Notes: generated by a model from the letters alone, not told the origin. A stretch of 64,000 nt of DNA from Oceanobacter sp. (GCA_002733645.1 NVWL01000053.1:4649-68648), one strand, 5' to 3'. Positions 1 through 10,287 are shown, counted from the first letter of the stretch. Program-made: numbers and translations.

Positions 1-1
1 C

Positions 2-118
2 GAAAACTGCGACTATTTAATTAATATTCCGATGGCTGGCGAAGTGAGTTCACTTAATGTGTCGGTTGCCACGGGGGTGTGTTTGTTTGAAGCGGTGCGT
101 CAGCGTCAACAAGGATAA
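2..118 (+). CDS. 3' end of a SpoU/TrmH-family rRNA 2'-O-methyltransferase (RlmB-like); the start lies upstream of the window
   Basis: The frame is open from the window edge to TAA at 116-118. It translates to ...[31 protein letters not shown], which resembles the C-terminal knot motif of SpoU/TrmH methyltransferases. Confidence 0.6.
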   Translation, partial: ENCDYLINIPMAGEVSSLNVSVATGVCLFEAVRQRQQG

Positions 119-124
119 ATAACT

Positions 125-1204
125 ATGGAATGGTGGAGTGAACTGCTGAACCAGAACTACGATTGGTTTTGGGATGTGTCGATTGCCATCGGCGTTACAT
201 TGGTTGCTGGTTTGGCTTGGCGTATGTTACGCAAGCGGCTGGTACGTATTGTCGCAAGTACGAACAACGACTGGGATGACGTATTTGTTAAAGGCATTGC
301 TGTTCCCGTTAACTGGATAATCTTTGTTATCGGTTTTACTTGGGCCGGGGATATAACCGCCAGTTACTTCAATGAAGACAGCTTTGAAGCTATTTCAATT
401 ACACGTCAGTTAGCGCTAATTATTTTAGTTGCTTGGGCTTTATGGCGATTGATTAATCGCGTTGAAGAAAAACAGCTTGATAGCGGTATGGATCCAACAA
501 CCGTCCAAATGGTTGGAAAGGTTGCCAAGCTTGCGGTGACCATTTTAATTATCATGCCGGTGTTCCAATTATTAGGGATCTCTATTTCAGGGATACTTGC
601 CTTTGGTGGCATGGGCGGCTTGATCGTGGGCTTAGCAGCCAAAGATTTACTCGCTAATTTCTTCGGCTCAATGATTATTTACCTCGACAAACCGTTTCGT
701 GTGGGGGATTGGGTTCGTTCCCCAGATCGAAGTATAGAAGGCACCGTCGAAAGCATTGGCTTTCGTGTGACACGTATTCGAACCTTTGATAAGCGCCCCT
801 TGTATGTGCCAAATTCGATCTTCACCAGCATCGCTGTAGAAAACCCTTCCCGTATGTTAAACCGTCGAATTTACGAAACCATAGGTGTGCGTTATCAAGA
901 TGCGCGTGTTGTACATGAGCTTATGGAGAAGGTGAGGGTGATGTTGCGTAATCATCCTGAAATAGATCAAGAGCAAACTATGATTGTTAATTTCAATGCA
1001 TTTGGTGCCTCAAGCCTTGATTTTTTCATATACACCTTCACTAAGACTACTGACTGGGTGTACTTCCATGAAGTGAAGCAGGACATTCTGCTCAAGGTCA
1101 TGGACATCATTCACGAAAGCGGTGCCGATTGCGCATTCCCAACGCGAACCTTGCACTTGGATAGTTTGCCAGAGGGAGTTGTCTCAGGACAGCAAGCACA
1201 ATAA
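125..1204 (+). CDS. MscS-family small-conductance mechanosensitive channel
   Basis: 359 aa. The N-terminus has hydrophobic helices, followed by an ...IIYLDKPFRVGDWV... beta-domain typical of the MscS family. Confidence 0.8.
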   Translation: MEWWSELLNQNYDWFWDVSIAIGVTLVAGLAWRMLRKRLVRIVASTNNDWDDVFVKGIAVPVNWIIFVIGFTWAGDITASYFNEDSFEAISITRQLALIILVAWALWRLINRVEEKQLDSGMDPTTVQMVGKVAKLAVTILIIMPVFQLLGISISGILAFGGMGGLIVGLAAKDLLANFFGSMIIYLDKPFRVGDWVRSPDRSIEGTVESIGFRVTRIRTFDKRPLYVPNSIFTSIAVENPSRMLNRRIYETIGVRYQDARVVHELMEKVRVMLRNHPEIDQEQTMIVNFNAFGASSLDFFIYTFTKTTDWVYFHEVKQDILLKVMDIIHESGADCAFPTRTLHLDSLPEGVVSGQQAQ

Positions 1205-1244
1205 AGTGATCGGATATACCTGCTGCGCACTGGTAATAGTAGTT

Positions 1245-1281
1245 ATAGGTAATACCTATGACCTAGGTTGAAAAGATCAAT
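1245..1281. promoter_or_regulatory. OxyR-type operator candidate upstream of ahpC
   Basis: ATAGGTAATACCTAT (1245-1259) fits the OxyR half-consensus ATAGnTnnnAnCTAT perfectly. A degenerate second half (GTTGAAAAGATCAAT) follows after 7 nt. An extra ATAG sits at 1236. Confidence 0.5.
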
Positions 1282-1348
1282 TAAACGTATCAGACTCGGC
1301 GTCGTACTATAGAGTCAGTTCTTAACCACCCACTTATGGAGAAACACC

Positions 1349-1906
1349 ATGATCAACACAGAAATTAAGCCATTCAGCGCAACCGCGTTTAAAGGCGGCG
1401 AATTCGTAGACATCACTGAAGCAGACGTTAAAGGCAAATGGTCTATCTTCTTCTTCTACCCAGCTGACTTCACTTTCGTATGTCCTACAGAGCTTGGCGA
1501 TGTTGCTGACAAGTACGAAGAGCTTCAGAAGCTAGGCGTAGAAGTATTCTCTGTTTCAACAGATACTCACTTCGTACACAAAGCATGGCACGATGCGTCT
1601 GAAACTATCGCTAAAATCAACTACTACATGGTTGGTGATAACAGCGGTAACATCACCAACAACTTCGGTGTTATGCGTCCAGGCGTTGGCCTTGCAGACC
1701 GTGCTACTTTCCTGATCGATCCTGATGGCATCGTACAGGCAATGGAAATCACTGCTGAAGGTATTGGCCGTGATGCAGACGACCTGATGCGCAAAGTAAA
1801 AGCAGCACAGTACGTTCGCAACAATCCAGGTGAAGTTTGCCCAGCTAAGTGGAAAGAAGGCGAAGCGACGCTAGCACCTTCTTTAGATCTAGTTGGTAAG
1901 ATCTAA
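1349..1906 (+). CDS. ahpC: Alkyl hydroperoxide reductase subunit C (typical 2-Cys peroxiredoxin)
   Basis: 185 aa. It has the peroxidatic-Cys motif [16 protein letters not shown] and the resolving Cys in GEVCPAKW. An RBS (GGAGA) lies upstream. Confidence 0.95.
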   Translation: MINTEIKPFSATAFKGGEFVDITEADVKGKWSIFFFYPADFTFVCPTELGDVADKYEELQKLGVEVFSVSTDTHFVHKAWHDASETIAKINYYMVGDNSGNITNNFGVMRPGVGLADRATFLIDPDGIVQAMEITAEGIGRDADDLMRKVKAAQYVRNNPGEVCPAKWKEGEATLAPSLDLVGKI

Positions 1907-2094
1907 ACCCAGCTTCTCTGAAGCGCGATCTGCGGTGTTATTTTTACGCTCGACCCGTCGCCTACCAATTTGGTATGTCTCGGGTTCTCGCTTAAAAAAT
2001 GCCGAGCAGCTCATCACTTTAGCATCAGCTGTTAATCTGACCTAAGCCGAGTTTCTCGCAAGCGTTCAGACCATAGTTAGATGTTAGACAGAAA

Positions 2095-2120
2095 GCCTCA
2101 GCATACGCTGGGGCTTTTTT
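2095..2120 (+). terminator. Rho-independent terminator after ahpC
   Basis: The hairpin GCCTCAGC-atac-GCTGGGGC is followed by TTTTTT. Confidence 0.7.
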
Positions 2121-2244
2121 GTATTTGTCATTCTTACGAAGGCAGGGATCCAGATTGTAGTAATTTCAATCATTAAGCCGATTTTTAAATATGTAACCCC
2201 TCGCAGTAATTATTTACTGGATGATGTTTTCAATAAGAGTTTGT

Positions 2245-2559
2245 TTATTGCTTATCAATCGATTCTTGCCAGAGTTCGCCGAAACCATGCTGGATCATGT
2301 AGCCCGAAACTTTCTGAAAAAGTCGATGCATCCAATGCTCAATGTCGGTAACCCCTTGTATATCTCTGCCTGCTTCATTGTCGGCGATGGCAAGCTCGGT
2401 CATTACCCAGAAGTGATTGATAACATCAACAGCTTCTTTAGAGGACTCTAGATCCGTCTTTCCTTGGATGAAAGATGTAAATAAAGGTGCTTGCATCTTG
2501 GACGAGTAGTGTTCCGCCAAAATTAGGGCCGGTCTGTGTGTGTCTGTGTAGTTAAGCAT
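2245..2559 (-). CDS. Hypothetical protein (104 aa), third ORF of the islet between ahpC and ahpF
   Basis: The ATG at 2557-2559 overlaps the stop of the preceding 51-aa ORF by 8 nt (ATGCTTAA). I recognise no family. The tracked ORF 2245..2580 uses an upstream TTG start. Confidence 0.4.
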   Translation of the reverse strand: MLNYTDTHRPALILAEHYSSKMQAPLFTSFIQGKTDLESSKEAVDVINHFWVMTELAIADNEAGRDIQGVTDIEHWMHRLFQKVSGYMIQHGFGELWQESIDKQ

Positions 2560-2707
2560 CTTTGTAGGCCTCAAGAGCAAGATCGCTCATAGTAGTAACC
2601 CTGTCAGAAATCCAGTTGAGCTTAAAAACTAGGTCGGTTATTTTCATATCTTCTGTGATTGTTAAAAGAAAATGTTCAGTATTATCTGGGTCTTGGACAA
2701 ATGCCAT
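2552..2707 (-). CDS. Small ORF (51 aa, MAFVQDPDNTEHFLLTITEDMKITDLVFKLNWISDRVTTMSDLALEAYKDA), below the ORF-track cutoff
   Basis: I translated this by hand. It is in the same reading frame as the upstream 120-aa ORF, separated from it by one TAG and 11 sense codons. There is no clear SD sequence. Confidence 0.25.
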   Translation of the reverse strand: MAFVQDPDNTEHFLLTITEDMKITDLVFKLNWISDRVTTMSDLALEAYKDA

Positions 2708-2740
2708 TTTGTCGGGAATAGAGTCAGCATCTTCAAATAT

Positions 2741-3103
2741 CTAGTACGCAGATGAGACTTTGGTACCTTTTTTCTGAAACTTACCTAAAAACTGAATGGT
2801 GTTAACTGCATGCGTCATAGGTGAAGAGAATGATAAGCCATGTTCACTACTGGCTATAACCCAATTCGGATCGGATTCGGAAATTTTGTAGTCACATTCT
2901 CGAACCCCGCTATAAACGGCACCTTTTCCATGGTGCCCCTCCTCATAGAGGGTACTACTGTTTGGTGCTATAACCGTTCTGAATGCAATACCTAAAGTAC
3001 TTCCTGGGAGGTTGGAATGTTGCGATATAAGCTGTGCAACTTTGACCTTGAGGTCCTCCAGAGTCTTTAGTTGATTCTGAAAAACTGGTTTTTTCTTGCC
3101 CAT
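2741..3103 (-). CDS. Hypothetical protein (120 aa); possible HNH/EndoVII-like (GHH-type) nuclease finger
   Basis: The sequence ...YEEGHHGKGAVY...(22 aa)...DPNW...(8 aa)...SEHGLSF gives an H-N-H spacing compatible with a beta-beta-alpha-metal finger. The assignment is speculative. Confidence 0.5.
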   Translation of the reverse strand: MGKKKPVFQNQLKTLEDLKVKVAQLISQHSNLPGSTLGIAFRTVIAPNSSTLYEEGHHGKGAVYSGVRECDYKISESDPNWVIASSEHGLSFSSPMTHAVNTIQFLGKFQKKGTKVSSAY

Positions 3104-3319
3104 TTAACTTACCTGTTAATTAATCCTTGTTTAGCGCTATATCATACGAAAGTTGATTGTTCGGGTATACGTTGCCTCCTCGACATTGGTGATATGTTGC
3201 TTGATTAAGTAGTGTTAGCAAAAAACTATCGATTCCTTAGAAAACATTGATTTCAATAATCGAAGAAGCAACGTTACTATAAGTCCATAAAGTAAAGTTA
3301 ATAACAGAAGGTAAACACC

Positions 3320-4873
3320 ATGCTTGATGCAACCATGAAACAGCAATTGGGCGCCTACCTGAACAATCTGCGTAATCCGATTGAGCTTGTGGTGTCTGTT
3401 AATGATTCACCGAAATCAAAAGAGCTAGAAGAGCTGGCTCGTGAAATCGTTGAGTTAAACGACAAAATTTCGATGACTACCACGACGGATAAAATTGGTG
3501 GTCGCTCGCCGGTCATGACCGTCGCGAAAGAAGGCAGCGAATCACGTGTTGCATTTGCTGGTGTGCCTCTTGGTCATGAGTTTACGTCATTAGTGTTAGC
3601 GCTTCTCCAGGCGGGCAGTCATCCCTCTAAAGAAGAGCAAGTGTTGCAGGATCAAGCGAAAGACTTGAATCGTGAGTTGAACTTTGAAGTCTATATTTCT
3701 TTGTCATGCCACAACTGCCCAGATGTTGTTCAGGCCGTAAATTTAATGGCGGCACTTAATCCTAAAATCACGGCGACCATGATTGATGGTGGTGTGTATC
3801 AGGATGAAGTGAAGTCGCGCGATATTATGGCGGTACCTGCGGTTTACCTAAATGGCGAACCTTTCGGTAATGGCAAAATGACCTTGGCTGAAATTCTGAA
3901 TAAAGTGGATGACGAAGCCGATGCAAAAGCAGCAGCTGCACTTGCAGATAAAGAAGCGTACGAAGTCTTGGTTGTTGGCGGTGGCCCAGCGGGGGCTTCT
4001 GCGGCAATTTACGCGGCACGTAAAGGCATTCGTACCGGTATCGTTGCTGAGCGTTTTGGTGGTCAAGTGTCGGATACCGTCGGTATTGAAAACTTTATTT
4101 CAGTGAAATACACCGAAGGTCCACAGCTAGTGGCGCATTTAGAAGAGCATGTTAAAGAATACGACGTGGACGTGATGAACGCTCAAAAAGCGGTGGCTGT
4201 TCGTAAAGTGGAAGATGGGCTGACAGAAGTAGAGCTGGCAAATGGTGCGGTTCTTAATAGTAAGTCAGTGATCTTGGCGACCGGTGCTCGGTGGAGGGAA
4301 ATGAATGTTCCGGGTGAGCAGGAATATCGCAATAAAGGTGTCGCCTACTGCCCACACTGTGATGGCCCGCTGTTTAAAGGCAAAAGAGTGGCTGTGATTG
4401 GTGGTGGTAACTCGGGGATCGAAGCCGCGATTGATTTGGCCGGAATTGTTGAGCACGTCACTGTACTTGAGTTTTCAGACACACTGCGTGCGGATGCCGT
4501 ACTGGTGAAAAAAGCTGATTCTATGGCGAATGTGACCATTATTAAGCAAGCGATGACTACGGAGGTATTGGGGGATGGCCAGCGTGTAACTGGCTTGCAA
4601 TACAAGGATCGTGCTACGGATGAAACGCACGTGGTTGAACTGGCCGGTATCTTTGTTCAGATTGGCTTGGTGCCAAACACTGAATTTTTAAAAGAGACTG
4701 TGACATTAACGGATCGAGGCGAAGTTGTGATTGATAACCATGGCCAAACCAACGTACCGGGAATATTTGCCGCCGGTGATTGTACCAATGTAGCGTACAA
4801 ACAGATCATCATTTCGATGGGCGCTGGAGCCACTGCGGCGCTTGGAGCGTTTGATCACCTGATACGTAACTAA
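3320..4873 (+). CDS. ahpF: Alkyl hydroperoxide reductase subunit F
   Basis: 517 aa. It has the N-terminal CHNC and central CPHCDG redox centres, plus the GGGPAG and GGGNSG dinucleotide folds. Confidence 0.95.
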   Translation: MLDATMKQQLGAYLNNLRNPIELVVSVNDSPKSKELEELAREIVELNDKISMTTTTDKIGGRSPVMTVAKEGSESRVAFAGVPLGHEFTSLVLALLQAGSHPSKEEQVLQDQAKDLNRELNFEVYISLSCHNCPDVVQAVNLMAALNPKITATMIDGGVYQDEVKSRDIMAVPAVYLNGEPFGNGKMTLAEILNKVDDEADAKAAAALADKEAYEVLVVGGGPAGASAAIYAARKGIRTGIVAERFGGQVSDTVGIENFISVKYTEGPQLVAHLEEHVKEYDVDVMNAQKAVAVRKVEDGLTEVELANGAVLNSKSVILATGARWREMNVPGEQEYRNKGVAYCPHCDGPLFKGKRVAVIGGGNSGIEAAIDLAGIVEHVTVLEFSDTLRADAVLVKKADSMANVTIIKQAMTTEVLGDGQRVTGLQYKDRATDETHVVELAGIFVQIGLVPNTEFLKETVTLTDRGEVVIDNHGQTNVPGIFAAGDCTNVAYKQIIISMGAGATAALGAFDHLIRN

Positions 4874-4960
4874 GTCATCAACAGAGCAACAAAGCTACAG
4901 CACCCGAAAATGTAGCACTTAGCAGTAACAGCGCGATTGCGCTGCCCTGATGGGGAAAGA

Positions 4961-4999
4961 ACGGCCCGATGACAATGAATGTCTCGGGCCGTTTTTTTA
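4961..4999 (+). terminator. Rho-independent terminator after ahpF
   Basis: ACGGCCCGA...TCGGGCCGT forms a hairpin and is followed by TTTTTTT. Confidence 0.7.
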
Positions 5000-5301
5000 T
5001 GTGGCTGAATCCATGATAGAAATAACACCAGCTGTTTCTACACCCTCCTCAATATTGATACGACTCACAGTAAATTCTATTAATTTCGATTAATTACTGA
5101 GCTTATTGTTTTGGACAATAAATATTAAGGGGCGCAATTGATCTAATCATGGGGGGATATTGGAGATGTCATCTTCGTTAGCGATTCTTATTTCTGGAAA
5201 AACCTCCCTTTTTAAGACTTTATACGTACATGTGATTTTTAACTAACAGGGGAAGCATCTATTCGTATGTGTTTTTCCTGAATGCCTAAGGGTGATTTAG
5301 T

Positions 5302-5862
5302 ATGTCAACGAAAGGAAATCAGTTAGCCCTTGATGCCATAGCGGAGGTCGGAAATGAGTATTATTGGGAGCCGTTCCTTATGGCTACGGGAATCAGTAAC
5401 TGGTACGAAGGAACTTGCCGACTAGACGAGGTTGGTAAGTCTCAGGAAAATTCGATTTGTTGTTTTGATTTTATTCTACTGTTAGCGGTAAAGCGTGGCT
5501 ACGTCACGAAACAGTCGGTAAAAGAATTGTATGGTCGAATTGCTGGCTGGGGTGGTGCTGGCGCGCAGGGTTTTGGTCCAGACAGTTCACTCTGGAAAGA
5601 TTGGCCGGGCTTTATATTCAGCAGCACGTACTGGCGTCCGCCGAAAGGCGATGTCGTGTTTTTTGAGTCAGGCACTGGCGGTGACTTGAATCACGTCGTG
5701 TTTTCTTTAGGTCCAAACACAAATGATGCTATTGAAGTGGTGTCCTTTGGTGAGGAGTTAGAAAAACCAACCAAAGCAGCTGTGACCAGAAAAACCATTG
5801 CGCAGCTTCGTCAGGAAGGGCACACCGCCGTCAAGTTCTTGAAACCCTTCTGGGATAATTAA
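5302..5862 (+). CDS. Hypothetical cytoplasmic protein with an NlpC/P60-like Cys...His arrangement
   Basis: 186 aa with no signal peptide. ...NSICCFDFILL... is a candidate Cys site. ...PKGDVVFFESGTGGDLNHVVFSLG... resembles the PGDLVFF...HVGIY block of NlpC/P60 enzymes. Confidence 0.5.
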   Translation: MSTKGNQLALDAIAEVGNEYYWEPFLMATGISNWYEGTCRLDEVGKSQENSICCFDFILLLAVKRGYVTKQSVKELYGRIAGWGGAGAQGFGPDSSLWKDWPGFIFSSTYWRPPKGDVVFFESGTGGDLNHVVFSLGPNTNDAIEVVSFGEELEKPTKAAVTRKTIAQLRQEGHTAVKFLKPFWDN

Positions 5863-6013
5863 TATCCGCCTGAGGGATCCTGTCATGAGGGCTTAATTAC
5901 TTTAAGTTCTCGTGTCGGTTAACCCATTGGTACTCTTGTTTTGAACTTAAATGCTCATTCCCTGAAATTGATGTTGTTTAAGGGCTTTACAACTTGAGAA
6001 CATAGATGTATGA

Positions 6014-6376
<363 letters not shown>

Positions 6377-6400
6377 TTTTAGATAAGCAATAAAAAGAGA

Positions 6401-6428
6401 GGCAGGCTGATTCAGTCTGCCTTTTTTT
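6401..6428 (+). terminator. Rho-independent terminator after the csp gene
   Basis: The hairpin GGCAGGCTGA/TCAGTCTGCC is followed by TTTTTTT. Confidence 0.7.
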
Positions 6429-6542
6429 GTGCCTGTAAGAAAATATAAAGCGGTCGGAATTTCAGGAAAGGGCAGAGAGCACCTATTGATTCAGGGCGAA
6501 AATAGAGTAATCTCACCTTTTTAATCCTGAGAGTTTTAGCAG

Positions 6543-7109
6543 ATGCCAAAGGCCAGTGAAATCAAAAAGAATGCCGCGGTTGAGTACAACGGTAGTGTGT
6601 ATTTTGTGAAAGATATTGAGCGCTCTGTGCCTCAGGGGCGTGCGGGCGGCTCTATTTACCGTATGCGTATGTATGATGTTGTTACAGGCTCAAAGCTTGA
6701 TGAGTCATTCAAGGATGGCGATATGCTTCAGCTGGCAGATCTTATTCGCCGTCAGGTAAGCTTGTCTTATATTGATGGTGAAGAATACGTCTTTATGGAT
6801 AACGAAGATTTCACCATGTTCAGTTTGAATAAAGAGTCTATTGAAGATGAGGCTTTATTTATAGCAGAAGATACTCAAGGGCTGCAGGTCGTAGTCTTGA
6901 ATGATTCGCCAGTTGGTGTTGATTTACCCTCAGTGGTTGAGTTGGTTATCACGGATACAGCACCTGCGATGAAAGGCTCGTCAGCTACTTCACGAACTAA
7001 GCCAGCAACACTTACAACAGGCTTGGTTGTTCAGGTTCCAGAGCATATATCGATTGGCGACCGCATTAAAATTAATGTCGATGAGAGTAAATTTACCGGT
7101 CGTGCTTGA
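6543..7109 (+). CDS. yeiP: Elongation factor P-like protein YeiP/EfpL
   Basis: 188 aa. It is collinear with E. coli YeiP as I recall it (MPKASEIKK..., [15 protein letters not shown]). Confidence 0.85.
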   Translation: MPKASEIKKNAAVEYNGSVYFVKDIERSVPQGRAGGSIYRMRMYDVVTGSKLDESFKDGDMLQLADLIRRQVSLSYIDGEEYVFMDNEDFTMFSLNKESIEDEALFIAEDTQGLQVVVLNDSPVGVDLPSVVELVITDTAPAMKGSSATSRTKPATLTTGLVVQVPEHISIGDRIKINVDESKFTGRA

Positions 7110-7120
7110 TTGCCCCAGAC

Positions 7121-7152
7121 AAAAAAATACTCGGCTCGCCGAGTATTTTTTT
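7121..7152. terminator. Bidirectional terminator between yeiP and the convergent desaturase-like gene
   Basis: The sequence is an A-run, then the ATACTCGGC/GCCGAGTAT hairpin, then a T-run. Confidence 0.7.
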
Positions 7153-7166
7153 GTCTGAATTTAGCT

Positions 7167-8129
7167 CTACGTTATTTGAGAGCTTTGGTTTGGTTCTTCA
7201 TTCGTACTTATTCGACCTGTATCTTGCTGTGTCTTTTTCGTGGTGTCCTTGGCATCAAGCTTATTCCAGCGAAAAGGAATAAGCAGTAATTGCCAATAGT
7301 TGTGAAGTGGGTAGTTTGTTTCATCGCCGAGGCCTGTTTCTTCAGGGATGTCTCGGTCGCGAGGCCAGTAGTAGGTGCCAAATAGGTGGTCCCATAATGT
7401 GAAGAGTGCAAAATTCTTAGCTTCGCTGTATTTCTTTGAGTGATGCCAGCGATGTAGCTCATTCGTAGCAATAATATAGTTAAACCAGCCATGGCGTAGG
7501 TCGACATTCATATGAGTCACGGTTGCCAGTATTGTTGAGAATACAATGACTAGCGACAATGCCTCAATACTGACCCCTGATAGTGTTACGAAGAAGAGGG
7601 GGACGTAACGTCGAAACATCGCATCTACCGGGTGTACTCGGTATGCATTCATAAAGGTCACGCGGTGGGCGGAGTGATGTATCGAATGGAACTTCCAGAA
7701 AAAGGGTACTTCGTGAGCCATTCTATGGGTGACATAGAAGAAAAAATCAGCAATCAGAAACGCGCACAATGCCTGAGCCCAAATGGGTAGATTCGCCAAC
7801 CCAAAGCTTTCGTCGATGATATTGAAGTGAATAAGTAGACTGCTTGAGCCCCAGGCGAACATTATGCCTAAAACCATGTTCTGAAGTGCGTTAACGGTGG
7901 TTATAGTGACAGTGTTAGATATGAGGTCGGTTGTTAGCTCTCCTTTCTCAAGAGGGGCTTTTATTTTTGGCAAAGCGAATTGCATGAGTAGGCAAACCAG
8001 ATAAAAAGGCAGCAAAAAATAAGTCATCAATTTGCTAGTATCGTAACCGATTATATATATTGCTACGGCGCCGAGTGCCAGCGCTATAAAAGTGTAAGTG
8101 CGTGTGAGCACCCATTGGATGGCGTTCAT
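7167..8129 (-). CDS. Fatty-acid hydroxylase / sterol desaturase superfamily membrane protein
   Basis: 320 aa with multiple TM helices. The His boxes HRMAHE, HSIHHSAH and HRWHH are present. Confidence 0.8.
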   Translation of the reverse strand: MNAIQWVLTRTYTFIALALGAVAIYIIGYDTSKLMTYFLLPFYLVCLLMQFALPKIKAPLEKGELTTDLISNTVTITTVNALQNMVLGIMFAWGSSSLLIHFNIIDESFGLANLPIWAQALCAFLIADFFFYVTHRMAHEVPFFWKFHSIHHSAHRVTFMNAYRVHPVDAMFRRYVPLFFVTLSGVSIEALSLVIVFSTILATVTHMNVDLRHGWFNYIIATNELHRWHHSKKYSEAKNFALFTLWDHLFGTYYWPRDRDIPEETGLGDETNYPLHNYWQLLLIPFRWNKLDAKDTTKKTQQDTGRISTNEEPNQSSQIT

Positions 8130-8335
8130 TAGATTTCACCTTTGGTGATTATTTTTGTTGTCTTCGACGTCCATGACTAAACTAGGCCAAAGGGGCGGAA
8201 TGCGTTGATCAATTATATTAAATGGTTGTTATTTGCCGCAATGAAAACTGACGCCTTGTCTTGCAATAACACATATTTTTTTTGTAAAGGGTTCCGTTTT
8301 ATGAGCAATATAGTTGCATAGTTAACAATGGAGCT

Positions 8336-8857
8336 GTGTTGATAAATATATTTAAACATCCTACTCAGGCCGTTCTTTCACCTCTAGGCTTAGAAGTCGT
8401 TAAATCAGGTTTACCCGTTATAGAGGAGCTGCCTAACCTCTTTTTAGTCGCATTCCTTCGTCACGTAGGGTGCCCGTTTGCCGAGCGCGATGTAAAAAAT
8501 TTGGTTGTGTGGGCGAAAGAAAATCCAGACGTCAGGGTATTTGTCGTGAGTCATGGAACTCGACAGGCCACTAATGAATGGTTGGTTAAAATAGGTGGTG
8601 CGGAAGGTCTTGCTGTGATTATTGATAAGCAACGAGAGCTTTATGCAGAATGGGGCCTAGGGGATAGCAATGTCTTGCATTTTCTGGGGTTAAGGTCTCT
8701 ATTAGGCGTGGTTCGATTGTGGTTTTCTGGTATTTTTAATCGTTCAGCGAGCGGGACTCGGTGGCAGCGCTCAGGTATTTTTTTAGTAAAAAATGGCCAA
8801 ATTTCTTGGCGATTTATTCCTAAAACTGCAAACGAGTTTTCTTTACCGGATATGTAA
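8336..8857 (+). CDS. Thioredoxin-fold, AhpC/TSA-like (peroxiredoxin-like) protein
   Basis: 173 aa with a GTG start after GGAG. ...FLRHVGCPFAERD... resembles the single-Cys motif of peroxiredoxin-like family proteins. The family call is tentative. Confidence 0.55.
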   Translation: MLINIFKHPTQAVLSPLGLEVVKSGLPVIEELPNLFLVAFLRHVGCPFAERDVKNLVVWAKENPDVRVFVVSHGTRQATNEWLVKIGGAEGLAVIIDKQRELYAEWGLGDSNVLHFLGLRSLLGVVRLWFSGIFNRSASGTRWQRSGIFLVKNGQISWRFIPKTANEFSLPDM

Positions 8858-8907
8858 ATGGTTATACCTAAGTCATATTTGGCCAATATTTAAAAGCAGG
8901 GGTTATT

Positions 8908-9291
8908 ATGGATGCATCAGCGCTGATTCAATATTTGTCATCAAAACCAGAAGCTGTTTTAGAGTACCCTTTTGGCCCAGAGGCTGAAGTGTTTAAAATC
9001 AGCGGTAAGATGTTTGCGCTGGTGATGCATAGAGATAACGTAACACGCGTTAATTTGAAATGTGATCCGCTAGAGGCAATTCAGCTTCGTGACATTTTTG
9101 ATGGTGTCACTCCTGGGTACCATATGAATAAAAAACATTGGAATACCGTGCTGGTAAATGACTCCATTCCTAGCGGTGAAATAGAGCGAATGATTGATGC
9201 CTCGTACCAGTTAGTTGTTAAATCCCTCACAAAAAAGCTGCGACTTGGCTTGGAGGCTCGTTTTGGTGCGGCGGCACTTTATCCGGAATGA
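8908..9291 (+). CDS. MmcQ/YjbR-family protein
   Basis: 127 aa. ...LEYPFGPEAEVFKISGKMFAL... and ...HMNKKHWNTV... are typical of YjbR-family proteins. Confidence 0.7.
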   Translation: MDASALIQYLSSKPEAVLEYPFGPEAEVFKISGKMFALVMHRDNVTRVNLKCDPLEAIQLRDIFDGVTPGYHMNKKHWNTVLVNDSIPSGEIERMIDASYQLVVKSLTKKLRLGLEARFGAAALYPE

Positions 9292-9310
9292 GTTCAAAAG
9301 TTGGCTACAT

Positions 9311-10270
9311 TTATTCTGATTTAAAGTTTCGCTCTCTTGCAAAATATTCATTAAACCCAGAAATATTTTGTTGAATATATTCTACAAAAGCTCGGGCGGC
9401 TGGAGATAAATGCTTGTTGACCGGGTGAACTAAGCACCAGCTACGATGCAGTGGAAACCCAGATATTTTAGGTATTTTTAAATTTCCAAGCTGTAGTTCT
9501 GGTAACAATCCTAATTTCGGTAACACTGCAACGCCTAGACCAGCAATAACCGCATGTTTTACTGAGTCATTTGATCCAAGCTCCATCGCGCTAGGAATTT
9601 TCAACCGAGATTCTTGGCAAAATACCTCCAGCGCTAGGCGACTTCCCGAGCCTGCTTCACGGAGTAATAGCTGGCTATTGAGAAACTCTTCGGCGCTGAT
9701 ATTACTTTTCAGTAAAAGAGGGTGGCCATCGGGTACAACGGGAACCAGCTCGTTATCTAAAAACGGGATAGACGTCAGGGAGCGGCCTTCGGGTACCATC
9801 CCCATAATGACAAGGTCGTCGGTGTTGTTGGCTAATCGTTCCAGTGCGGTCGCGCGGTTAACTACTTTGACGCTGATTTTGACGTCAGGGTTTAGATCCA
9901 AAAAAGCCCGTAGCAAATACGGCACTACATATTGGGCCGTGTTTACGGCGACTAATTTTAGCTCGCCAGCGACCTTGCCCTGCAGAGCGGCAAGATCACT
10001 TTGCAAATTCTCTAATTCATTAAAAATTCCGCTGATTGTTTGGTATAGAAGCTCACCAGCTGCCGTGGTGTATAGCTTTCGTCCAATGTATTCAAACAGG
10101 GGTTGCTTAAGAGCAGCCTCTAGCTGGCGAATTTGACTGCTGACGGCAGGTTGCGTCAAACCTAATTCTTCACCCGCTTTGCTGTAACTGCGTAAATCAT
10201 ACACTGCCTTATATACCTGGAGCTGGCGAAAAGTCAGTCTGCTGGCTATTTTTTGTACTGAGTGAGGCAT
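9311..10270 (-). CDS. LysR-family transcriptional regulator (PycR-like by position)
   Basis: 319 aa. It has the N-terminal wHTH ...FRQLQVYKAVYDLRSYSKAGEELGLTQPAVSSQIRQLE. It is divergent from the pyruvate carboxylase genes. Confidence 0.85.
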   Translation of the reverse strand: MPHSVQKIASRLTFRQLQVYKAVYDLRSYSKAGEELGLTQPAVSSQIRQLEAALKQPLFEYIGRKLYTTAAGELLYQTISGIFNELENLQSDLAALQGKVAGELKLVAVNTAQYVVPYLLRAFLDLNPDVKISVKVVNRATALERLANNTDDLVIMGMVPEGRSLTSIPFLDNELVPVVPDGHPLLLKSNISAEEFLNSQLLLREAGSGSRLALEVFCQESRLKIPSAMELGSNDSVKHAVIAGLGVAVLPKLGLLPELQLGNLKIPKISGFPLHRSWCLVHPVNKHLSPAARAFVEYIQQNISGFNEYFARERNFKSE

Positions 10271-10287
10271 GGGTAAGAAAATATTCC

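Noticed and set aside
2163-3260. ATTTCAAT(C/A)AT occurs on both sides of the ahpC/ahpF islet and could be a target-site duplication.
   Set aside because: An 8-11 nt AT-rich match in AT-rich DNA is expected by chance. No terminal inverted repeats or integrase or transposase gene is present.
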